A stretch of DNA of 64,000 nucleotides from Tubulanus polymorphus. Taxonomy: Eukaryota; Animalia; Nemertea. The DNA lies in contig NC_134028.1 of assembly GCF_964204645.1 (NCBI RefSeq), positions 5,270,001 through 5,334,000 of the forward strand. Direction: 5' to 3'. The notes under the pieces were generated by a model that saw only the letters and a program-made list of their open reading frames with translations, did no database searches and was not told the origin of the DNA. Below are positions 42,286 through 52,963 of this stretch, piece after piece; position 1 is the stretch's first letter; the number at the start of each line of letters is the position of its first letter. A program made the position numbers and the translations under genes.

Positions 42286-45200
42286 CTGAAACGAAAGCGA
42301 TACAACGATAATTACTTTACAACTCTACAAGAGAGAGAGAGAGAGAGAGAAAGAGAGACACACATCGTTAAAACACACTTCGCGCTCCATTGAAAAACTT
42401 CATTTCACTCGACGCTCGAGAAAAAATCTTTATTCGACTTTCAAATGCATCGATGAAATCGTGAAACAATTTTCATCGCAAACAATATCAATTATTGTAT
42501 TTCAACTACAGTAGGATGAGGAGTCACTTCGTCAACTTTGTTCGCTCGAGGCCCGGCCTTTATATCGGGTTCGTCCTAAGAATTAAACGTCTTAAAAGTA
42601 ATCGATAGCAACAGCAACTTAAGTCTAAAAGTCTGTTATCGCGACTGCACCCAGGAGGAAAAAATCACGCAGTTTAAATGCGACTTATAGCGACTGCACC
42701 CTTTTACAGATGGTTCAATAAGTTTTTGTATGTGTCGCGGGTACTGGAAACTTTTTCCTCGCTTTAAAAACGCTTGTTCATATTTGGTTTATATTGATAA
42801 ACGCGCCAATAACAATTCCACTGCAGCATCCGTCGTCGTCAATAAACATCACAGGTCTGAGATTCTGCGCTGCATCAGCAGCAGCAGCGGCAATAGCCAG
42901 CGACATCAGATAGACAAGATGAGAGTAGTTATATTGGATGGATGGATGCTGTAATTGCGAGAGTAAGCGCTATTTCTCGGCGATTTATGAGCTGTAGGGT
43001 TCTGTTGATGGTTTGACCGCTCGGCGCGAGGAGCTCGCATGACTGATTGAAGGGAGAGCAACAGGTCTCTAGTGATCAGCTGTCTTTCAGTTATTGCATT
43101 GTGTCACGCCACCCCGCAACAAGCGAAAATAGTTACCATCGGGGAATTAGGGGAAAAAAACACAAAATATTCCTGAGTTACGATTGATATGAATTCGTCT
43201 TGTGTACTATCATTTTTTTATAAACATATCCATTACATGAAACATTGCCTTCAATACAGTTACATTGGAAAAAGCAAGTTACATATATCTTGGAGTAATC
43301 AGACTGATTACTCCAAGCATATATGTAGTACTCAAGGGGCATGAAGCTGATAGGGTGGACTAATTGAAAATTAATTCAATAAGGGATGAAATGAAATGGA
43401 CGATCAGATGAGTAAACAGTTATACATTTTTCCGAGGAATCGAGCATAATTTAATTCATATTTTTTCTAATGTTAGATCTTCCTACAGTAGGTTCGGAGG
43501 TAAAAGCACTCTTTTTAGACTCATAAACTGCTCCCCCCTCCCAATTATCAAGCATCGTTTCAAAAATGGTTTTTAAAGTATTTTCTTTCCGCTTTGCCAG
43601 TCAGTATTGAATTAATGTTTGATATCACGCTATACGAGTTTCTCTCCAGAAAACGTAACTCGTACATACTTGATACATTTCATATCATACATCATTTCTA
43701 AGGTATCTTTTCCCGAAAGAACGGTTAACACAGATATGAGGACGAATTACTGTTGAATATATCTTTTTTTTCTGACGCGCGTTCAAGAAACCCGTCAAGT
43801 TTGTTTTTCTTGCCGACAATGACTATCCCATCTTCGATATGAAAGACAAAGACGCGGCCATTTTCTCATTTCCTATTCTAATTACGGGTATTGTTTTAGC
43901 GACGGCTGGTGTGCTCTAGCGCTCGGTTCATATAAACAGCCGAGCTCCACTGTTGCTGCACGTACCATCGAGTTTACTGTCAAATCTATCACACCACCCC
44001 CGTACCATAAAAAAACTAGCCGACCAGTGATGAATTGTCATTTTTCATGCGAATGTCTCATGCAATTTATAGCTCGTATGAATAAATGACTTTTTCTTTT
44101 TGGGAAAAAATATTGCATGCTGGAAATAAACTGGCTAATTCTCTATTTTCTGCTGTGGTTGTGGCGTTTCCACGCTAGTTTGACCTATCAAAGTTCCCCA
44201 GTTTGCTAAGACCTGTTTTGACTATTTCGCTTGATAATAGAATTAAGCGACAGCAATAAAACTTGATTTAAGTACGTTTGTATTCGAAATACGGACAATA
44301 ACTGAAAAACAATATTCTAGAGCTTTTGTCGGGAAGTTATATCTGATTGTTTGTGACAGCACGGCATTCAATCACACATCAGCATCAAGTAGAGACGAGA
44401 TAGAAGAGCGATAGTAGAGATAGGAAAAAAGAGATATAGGAGATAAGGGAATTAGTGGAGATAGGGGGAGATAATGGAGATAGGGGAGGTAGTGGAGATA
44501 GAGGAATAAAGTAGAGATAGAGGAAGAAAGTAGTGATAGGGGAGAAGAGAGATAGTGGAGATAGGGGCAAAAAGTGGAGATAGAGGGAAGTGGAGATAGG
44601 GGGGAGTGGAGATAGGAAAAGAAAGTAGAGATAGGGGGAGAAGAGAGATAATGGAATTAAGGGAAGAAAGTGGAGATAAGGATAAAGAATGGAGATAGGG
44701 AAAAGAGAGATAATGGAATTAAGGGAAGAAAGTGGAGATAAGGATAAAGAGTGGAGATAGGGGAGCAGAGAGATAATGGAATTAAGGGAAGAAAGTGGAG
44801 ATAAGGATAAAGAATGGAGATAGGGGAGCAGAGAGATAATGGAATTAAGGGAAGAAAGTGGAGATAAGGATAAAGAATGGAGATAGGGGAGCAGAGAGAT
44901 AATGGAATTAAGGGAAGAAAGTGGAGATAAGGATAAAGAGTGGAGAAAGGGGGAAGAGAAATAGAGAGTATGAAAGGAAGATGAAGGAGCTACAGGAGAA
45001 TGATAAGAGAGGAAGAGGTCAGAAGGATTGAAAGGGTAAAGGGGAGTAGGGAGTGAAGAGAGGGAGCAGAGTGAGCGCGGAGACGCAACAGGCAATTGAC
45101 GACTGCGACGATCGTTTATTTTCGACCGACCGATCGGCAATTCTTGCGCCATTGTCAGAAATAAATCACTCAGTAATTGACTGACTGTTGTTATAAGAAA

Positions 45201-48200
45201 ATAGCTCTTTTCCCTCGGAGAATCGTTGAGATATACTCTTATATATAGATGCATACATCTAGACTGAATGGTCATAAATTGCTTACAATTTGCGCTCGAT
45301 TTACTTCAACGAGAAATGAATGAAATTGTAGCCAGTATTTCGCATGAAGGATCTGAGAAGATTAACGAAAACAAAAAATGAATGGCCCATTCGAGCATTT
45401 GTCTTAAAAATGAAAAGAATGAGAAGCGTTATTTGATATCGAATCACTGGCTTTCAAATATGAATGATTACGACATTTCTGAGCCACATAGATTCAGACG
45501 CAATAAAGAAATAACTCCTCGATTGAGAAAATGAGATTCCACGCGATTAGAAAACATGACTAGACGACCAGAAATCATAAGATGTTTTTTATTATAATAA
45601 ACTTTGTGTAAGTAAAGAAATGAAAAAAACATAAGACTAATAGCCGACCAAGGGGCTGGTTCCATAGTTGTTGGTTAAACTTAGGCTAAGACCAACTTTG
45701 TTCTATGGTCAATCGAATAACTCAAGATCGGTCCGAAGATTTAAGACTACTTTTGGACTTAAGTCTTAACTATAGATTGAACCGGCCCCTGAAGTGCATT
45801 CATTCCCATGAGACCAAAGGTGTAGGCCAACAGTGAAATGGTTAGACTGATACTGGACCAAGGGGCATAATCCATAGTCATTGGCTAAACCATGGACTCA
45901 TGAAGTCATTATACTGAGAGTCCATGGTTAAACTTAAGACCAAGTTAAGACTTTGCTCTATAGATTGGTCTCAAGATTTAAGACTACTTTGGACAAGTCA
46001 TGTCTATAACACTGGTCGCACATTCTCATGAGGTCAAAGGCATCGAAAACCATTTTTGACAAATTCATAGCCGAATGACAAAATTATTCACATTTTGGAC
46101 TCAACCACGCCACAAAACCGGAACATGAATTTCATCACATCTCTGATACATCTATCTCAGCTGTGAACGACTGCGTATTAGTCTTATGAGTCCATATCTC
46201 AGCGATGATGTTTTATTACGCGGCGGCGTTAGTCGAATGCGGCCGATGCATAATCCGTGCAATATCATGTGTAAAACGTTCAAGAGGTCGCCAAACACGT
46301 CGTAATTTCTCGTTACCTATATTTTACATTCACTACACGACGGAACGCCGTGTCACCGAGAACCCGTAGAACCGTAAAGACGATTCGTAGCGGTAAGACT
46401 CGAGCAAAACTTAGCACTTTTCAGCACTTTTCGTGCGCTAAAAGTAGGACTTTTTTCCTGTTAATTGCGCTCGTGATAGATATTGTAACCGCTCATCATG
46501 ATTTGTCAAAACATAAATGATAACCTTTTGACAAATCATTTACGTCATTCATGCACTGGGACGAGTTAATTGCCCGGAAGTGATGTGTGCCTGGATTTTC
46601 GTTATTTGATCAACACTCGGTATCACAATTACGAATGCTATGACAAAAAATCCTTCAGCTGACTTGTTTAAGTCAAAAAGTCAGATTTTTTAGCATTTAG
46701 CATATTCTTGTACGAAGTGAAAAAAGTTTTCTAAAAAGTAGCATGTACGTGGTAGACTTGCTACACAGTAGTGGATGCAGGGGGTGTCCGGACGCCGTCC
46801 TAAAATGTTGAGGTCCCTTAAATTCCATCCACTAGCATTCCGGACTGAATACTTTCTGAAGAAAGATCAAAATCAATATTGAACTACTGAAGATAATGCC
46901 CATATTTTCTTGTGGCAATTAGCCATTCTAGCAATTCTAGAAGATTTAAAAAATCTGTGTGTGTAAAAGAGCAAATCGCGTCGAGGTTTAGAGAAAGGCC
47001 CTAAATTTCTTAAGTGGGCACCCCCTTCCCTTTGACCCCATATCTGCCGCCCCTATTACAAACTATGGCAAATTCGAATTGCAGCGTTCAACAGGTCGTG
47101 CATGTACGGTGTACGATCGTAAAACCCCCTCCCCTCCCCCCGGTGTATACATCTCTCCTACGTTATTTACTGCAGAACTCATAACGCAATCAACGAATTG
47201 ATTCGCCGGCTGCATCGGCATCACGCGGGCGCATAATGATAAATTACCTAATCGCGGGCTCTTTGACTCGACTAACGTTTCTCTCTCGGATAAACGTCGA
47301 CGCTTCGTCCGTCCGTCCGTCTGGCCGCTCGCTTCGTCGTGCAAACAACGATGACAGCAGTGCGACGTTTTCATCTTTATTTAAGTTCATCGAGTTCTAC
47401 TACGCGTGTACTATACGAGAAAAATCGAGCTCGCTCGGCACGGTTTTAATATCCACGACTCTTCAGTCCGACGATCTCGTTCGTCGTGTTTGGCAACTCG
47501 TTGTGTAACCCTTTTACAGCACTTATGCCGCATGAATGCATGAATGTTGCGGCGTGTTTTTCATGGCGGATAATTGATGGTAATAAAGTAAATCAACGAG
47601 ATAAAAAAAGAAAACATCGATATGATTAATTCACACCACATACGCCCTTGCAAATACGCGCTAGACCTGTCACGAGGAATACAGGCTTGAGTGTCACTAG
47701 AAATACACGCTAGACCTGTCAGTAAAAATACAGGGTAGACCTGTCACTAGAAATACAGGCTACAACTGTCACTAAAAATACAGGCTAGATCTGTCACTAG
47801 AAATACAGGCTACAACTGTCACTAGAAATACAGACTAGACCTGTCAATAGAAATACAGGCTAGATCTGTCACTAGAAATATAGGCTACGCTTTCATTAGA
47901 AATACAGGCTAGACCTGTTAATAGAAATACAGGCTAGACCTGTTAATAGAAATACAGGCTAGACCTCTTATTAGAAATATTACTGGAAATATTTCTTGAA
48001 CAGAGAACTGCGACCTGAACTCTCTGCTTCAACTAGCAAATCACTTGATGCCCTCATGTTTTGATACACGCTCAAGGTTGCCTCCTCGAATACCAGTGAT
48101 AAGTCGAGATAAGCACGTGACATCGAGGGCTTATCTTATCCATCCTTCGGAACCCTTCATCGCGAAGACAATAACAAGCACACCAGAGTTCGTCGTTCGG

Positions 48201-51200
48201 GTGCCCGGTTCCTAAAACAATAACCGAACCGCTCGCAGCCAATTACCGGAATTAAGTGGGCAATAAAACTTTGCTCGCAACTTTATCTATTCGATCGATC
48301 GCGCATTTTATACATACATAAATAGATCGGCGAGGATGGAGAGAGAACTCCGTCGGAACCCCTGTTCGTTCGGCGATCGATGCCGTTTCAGCGCTGTTGA
48401 TCTTCCGGTTGTCAAGCCGTGAATCTGCAATCATCCCGAGCGGGCCGCGCGAAGAAGCAACAAGTCCGTCTCGGCGGGATTCCCGCGAAACAACGCCGGG
48501 TTATTTGTCATCTATAATTAGCGAACGACTGACAGAACGAACGTTCAATTAATTGCGTTCGTGGCATTAGTTCACCGAAGAACGGACGCATTTGTTATCG
48601 AGTCGTCGAATTCACATGCCAGTTGTGTAACGATTCATACGCGTTTAACTCCCCCATTTAAACCCGCGTTCGACGTGTGCGCCCGCGCGCCAATTCCCGA
48701 CGCGACACTTTTTCAGTCCGAAATTGACCGAAATGACGTTTTGAAAGAAGACGCGATAAACTTTGTAAAGCGCGAGCGAAAACTTGATTCAATTGGATTT
48801 ATTTTCGACTTGATCGATTTGTTTTTCGATAAATTTTGATGAATTAACTTCTATCTAAAAAGCGCTCGGAATACTACAACCAATTCACAAATCAAAACTC
48901 GAGATAAGACCTATATCGACTCCTTTAATTCTTACCCAGCGAGCTTTGTTTTTGCAGTCAAGTATATCAAAACTAGGGCAAAAAAGCTTAAATGTCAAAT
49001 TTGTGGTTAAATTGCTATTGGCTACATTATATTTTCAATGTCGACAACAATTTAACATTGTGTATGCATTTCATAATTTCTGTGGTAACTTACGTATTCC
49101 TGAAGATGACTGTGTATTAGGAAACAGCTGAAATAATACTAGCTCAAGGAAATCTTTCAGACTTGTTTTCATGTGGGATATTGTTCCAACATGAACAGAA
49201 GGTTTCATCAAGATTATCAAACTGAACCAGCTTTAGCTTTAACTTATTTGTGAAACTGGGCCCCGTCTTAATTCTATAAAAAATTTCAACGACCATCTAG
49301 TTCAATACATCAGAAACTACATGCCATATTTTCATGGTTTTAATCGCACTCTTAATTAACAACTAGTGAATCTAAATTAAATTCTGGTCTTACGTAATTT
49401 AAAACTAAAATCCTATAAAATCAATGAATCGTTGCGTTATTGCAGTAGACAGACGACTCCCCTTCAAATCCATTCTCATTCCATCTATCTATTAATTTCT
49501 CATTAAGTTTTGCTGGTTCTTTTCTCTGAGTGCTGAGATCCCTATGGGACACAGCAGCCTCAATCGGCTTTCTAAGCATCCAACCATATACATATAACCA
49601 TAAAACGTATTATCTTGCCATCAATAAATTCTCAAGTTCAAATAAGTATTAGAAGAAAACAACGTCTTAAAGGAAACAGCTACCAACAAGTGGTTAATGT
49701 TTACCGCCTCAAACTGACCGAGACTTCTCTAAACGAGACAATGCCTAATTCAATTTCGACGCATTAGCGCAAAAAACACACATAGCCGCGTTAATGGGAA
49801 ATGGTCGCCGAGTCGAGGGAATTCACCTGGCATGCGATCGCCACCATTTATCTAGTTACGCCAGTTAGACGAGCGCGAGCAAATGGCTTGTCCAATTTAC
49901 GCGTAAAGTAGCTAAATTCGATGATACCGTTGCCGAGACAAGGTGCGCAATAGGTCACGGATAATGAAGACACAACGCGCAGGAATTCCCGAGACGACGT
50001 ATCGCTAACTTTCTATATAATACCGAATAACACCCAGTCGCCAGTCGTTCTTACGGACAGACGTGATACATACTTTTTTTCAGCAATCTGCTGCGAACGG
50101 TTCTACAGTTATCAGTCGACATTTGACATTAGAGTTTAACGTCAGTTGATGAGCAAAATTCACAGTTGATAATGAACAATTTATTCCGACAGTTTACAAA
50201 GTTTTACCTGAATTTCATCATCAGTAAAACGAAAATAACATAATAACAAAAATTTATAGTCTCAAAATTCAAGTCTTTATGAATTTTTTATAATAATCAT
50301 ATACGGTAATTTGAAAGCAAAGATGTTATTAAGGTTGGGTTAAAGACAGGAACTAAGAGACAATCGCTTAGATACAGGTAATACAAATTGTTATATTTTG
50401 ATATGATAAAGTGTTACATAATCAACTGTGGTTGTTTTTTCAACTCTGAAACATTGAGATCAGTCTACGAGTTGAGAGTCTAATGATTGGAAATCAACTC
50501 AATGCTGAGTTAAATTTATGGTAACTGGGGGCAGCAATTGTGATTGATTAACGACAATTGTTTTTTCAATTTTCTCGTTGTTAGGATGCATTTGAATTCA
50601 GATGATAACTGGCAACCGTCTCAACATTGTTTATGGTAAGTTCATTGTCATTCAGATATATACTCCTGCATATATGTTATAAATGTATTGATAAAAGAGA
50701 TAATATAATTTGAAATTGAGAATGAAATTGTGAGTCATCAGGTTTGTATAACGAAACATCGGCTCATCAAAAATTCATTTTCTTAAAAAAATTCAATTTT
50801 TTTATGAATGTTGGTAATGCTTATTACAGCCTTTAACAGGTTTGTAGTCAAACAAGAAAATATCATGGCACATAATATTCAAAATCGTTATTGGTTTAAC
50901 GTATTATTTATCAATAAATTATTTCTATCATCAAATCAATTGTTCGTTAAAATTGCTTGATCAAGATTTCTTTATTCAATCATGGTCTCTATAACGAACT
51001 CGTTTTTTAGAGTCCATGATTTAAAGCGGGGCTTGCTATCAGGATATGACTGCAGTTGAGGCAATCATTTGTCTTGGTGGTGCTGGAAGATATTTAGGGA
51101 CACACAGCTGAACTGCAGTCAAATCCACTTCAGAAGTATTCAGTTAATAGCTCCTTACTTGTTCACGTCCAGACATTCCATAAGAGGCCAAATGATAGAC

Positions 51201-51697
51201 GCAATCTGCGTTTTCCAGAACAGCTTCGACACTAGAACTGTCTCGGACATCTCCCTGAAAGAAACACATATTTGCCATAATCTTTATCACTAGGTTCATA
51301 GAAATCATTTCAAAAAGTTTAGCTTCAAAATGATTTCAACATTTTTGAAAAGGTTTCTATAGTTTATAGAAGTCTACCCTAGATCATTTCAATGAATAAA
51401 TTTTGAGTTAACAAAGACCTAAATAATCAAGTTCTTCCAGTTTAAATATTTTACACCACTGAGCTAACTAAAAGTTTTGTTCAGATCGACTTAAGGGTTT
51501 ACTGTTAAACCTACTTTAACGTAAGTCATTCCAGGTTTCATTTCTCCATACGGCTCGTCGCGACAGTCAAACAGCGTTACATGAATTCCTCTCTCCAGTA
51601 GATACAACCCTAATTTGTAGCCCAAATAACCGCCGCCCCCTGTAACCACATGCTTCTCAAATTCCGTTTCAAGTTTCATTCTCCTTGTGACGACCAT
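42228..51697 (-). CDS. SDR42E1: SDR42E1-like short-chain dehydrogenase/reductase (3-beta-HSD/extended SDR family), 5' part; join(51697..51515,51254..51159,42285..42228), remainder not found in window
   Basis: Spliced translation MVVTRRMKLETEFEKHVVTGGGGYLGYKLGLYLLERGIHVTLFDCRDEPYGEMKPGMTYVK|GDVRDSSSVEAVLENADCVYHLASYGMSGREQ|LNSKLIEDVNINGTENVLK. It contains the TGxxGxxG Rossmann motif and the ASYGMSGREQLN...VNxxGT segment I recognise from SDR42E1. All introns are GT-AG with consistent phases (0,0,1). Confidence 0.9.
43289..43317. mobile_element. 29-bp palindromic micro-insertion with perfect 7-bp TSD
   Basis: catatat-CTTGGAGTAATCAGACTGATTACTCCAAG-catatat. Confidence 0.8.
44388..45070. repeat. 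Purine-rich region with a 63-bp minisatellite (~5 copies, about 44640-44950)
   Basis: gagataatggaattaagggaagaaagtggagataaggataaaga.tggagataggggagcaga units; accounts for the 296-aa minus-strand ORF. Confidence 0.9.
45651..46018. mobile_element. Two adjacent MITE family C copies (45651-45790, 45862-46018)
   Basis: ggggctggttccatagt...gaaccggcccct; taagaccaa/aagatttaagactacttt shared with the 62221 copy. Confidence 0.65.
45891..45926. mobile_element. 36-bp hairpin micro-insertion with 7-bp TSD (CATGGACTC termini)
   Basis: gctaaac-CATGGACTC...GAGTCCATG-gttaaac; interrupts a family C MITE. Confidence 0.65.
47652..47978. repeat. 25-bp minisatellite, ~13 copies
   Basis: aaatacaggctagacctgtcactag consensus. 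Confidence 0.92.
49095..49151 (+). repeat. Solo dispersed copy of the 66-bp hammerhead-like unit
   Basis: tattcCTGAAGAtgactgt...acagctGAAA...ctagctcaaggaa matches the reverse complement of the 63.5-63.8 kb units. Confidence 0.55.
50585..50635 (+). other. Candidate 51-nt exon (one open frame, MHLNSDDNWQPSQHCL)
   Basis: ttttttcaattttctcgttgttag| acceptor and atg|gtaagt donor. Confidence 0.4.
51159..51254 (-). CDS. SDR42E1: SDR42E1-like coding exon 2
   Basis: tttctttcag|GGA...CAA|gtaagg; 96 nt; GDVRDSSSVEAVLENADCVYHLASYGMSGREQ. Confidence 0.93.
51515..51697 (-). CDS. SDR42E1: SDR42E1-like coding exon 1 (exon begins 51705; alternative start Met at 51679)
   Basis: Acceptor ttcattag|gttac, ATG at 51697, VVTGGGGYLG motif, donor aaa|gtaggt; 183 nt. 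Confidence 0.9.
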
Positions 51698-52044
51698 ATT
51701 GTAACCTAATGAATTTAGAGGACGAATCAATTTTTCAATTTAATAATGTCATTTTGAAGATATACCTACAACATGGTCTTTTTTCGAAAATGTTTAATAG
51801 AGTGCTACCCAACATAAAAGGATTATGGTTACGGGTACATAAAATTTCATTTTTATTAGATTGCCAACCAACTCGTGCAACTTTCTCTTATCTAGGCCTA
51901 GTTAAATTGCTTGCTTGAGAAATTTCAGGTTTAACGTAAGTTTACAGACAGTTGCTTATGACACACTGTCATTGACACCCAGCCAAAATGTGCTGACCTG
52001 TTCTTTCACCTAAATTCTGGAACCCAAATTGGCTTTCAAACTGC

Positions 52045-52116
52045 TTGTCTAGTACCTAGCCGTTGTTCCTGAAACAGTTGTACGGAACCGTGTAACAACG
52101 ACTGGTATTCAGACTA
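52045..52116. mobile_element. 72-bp hairpin element with perfect 9-bp TSD
   Basis: tcaaactgc at 52036-52044 and 52117-52125; imperfect TIR ttgtctagtacctagccgttgtt / aacaacgactggtattcagacta. Confidence 0.65.
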
Positions 52117-52569
52117 TCAAACTGCTAGTCTTTCACCGTATTTTCATTAAAGAATTTATACACAGACTAACGGATACTCCGATGTTCGTATTTTCAAGAC
52201 GTTTATCTGAGCTATTTAAAATAACTATAACGAACCTACCGATTGTCTTTACACAACGATACAGGTAATGATTATATAGTGGAATTATGTCCCCAAATTC
52301 GGGGTGACAAATGTATTTTAAGTCTCTCAAATTTCCGGATTTAGAACGTGAGGGCGCCGAGTCGATTACAGCGACACCAGGCGGCGGTGATTTTAAACAT
52401 TACGTAATAATTCACGAGTTTGCTCGGAATATTGTTCAAACAGATAAAAATGGTATTTACTATTCATTAGAGTGAGAACAAAGAAATGAGTAGTACATCA
52501 AACGGCTATAAGCGTATTTTACGACATTTAATAATCGACTATCGTAACCGGGTCGTCGCTGGCGCCATT

Positions 52570-52606
52570 ATTGCTATGGTAATGACGTGAATGAGGAAGT
52601 AAACAA
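52570..52606 (+). promoter_or_regulatory. RFX X-box-like + CRE-like + forkhead (FOXJ1-type) motif cluster
   Basis: ATTGCTATGGTAAT (52570-52583; X-box consensus GTTNCCATGGNAAC), TGACGTGA (52583-52590) and GTAAACAA (52599-52606), just upstream of a ciliary/flagellar gene. Confidence 0.5.
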
Positions 52607-52609
52607 TCT

Positions 52610-52689
52610 GACATCCATCGAATCGATTACAACTACCGCTTCAGCTGCTGCAACAGCTTAAATTCTTAAAACTAGGAAATAAAAACCCG
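52610..52689 (+). other. Probable non-coding first exon of the STPG2-like gene (5' boundary approximate)
   Basis: Strong donor ccg|gtgagt at 52690, upstream of the acceptor at 53281 and directly after a promoter motif cluster. Confidence 0.55.
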
Positions 52690-52963
52690 GTGAGTATACG
52701 TTTTTGACATTGTATAAAGGTTTCTGTTCGATTATTCGGTGTAATTCGGTTCTGTAATATGGAACGATCCGTAGAAATCGCTGAAACCGATCTGAAAGTG
52801 TAGTCTGTGTTTAATCCGTTCGAGACTGATATATGTGAGTTACATGGGAAACCCATATGGTATTTTTAGGCGTTTGCATCAATTTTCCATAAGTCTACTT
52901 GTAGGCAACATTGCTACTATGTGGGTCTAAAAAGTTTTAATGCCTAATGATTTATTAAATGAA

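Noticed and set aside
44385-45275. 296-aa minus-strand ORF, the longest in the track
   Set aside because: Translation of a purine-rich 63-bp minisatellite; S/L/P low complexity with no domain
46361-46382. miR-100/99-like start AACCCGTAGAACCG
   Set aside because: The 3' half diverges, there is no precursor hairpin, and no let-7 or miR-125 lies nearby
50930-50990. Minus-strand LNKEIL peptide as SDR42E1 exon 3
   Set aside because: No AG acceptor in the right place and no VNxxGT motif; the true exon is at 42228-42285
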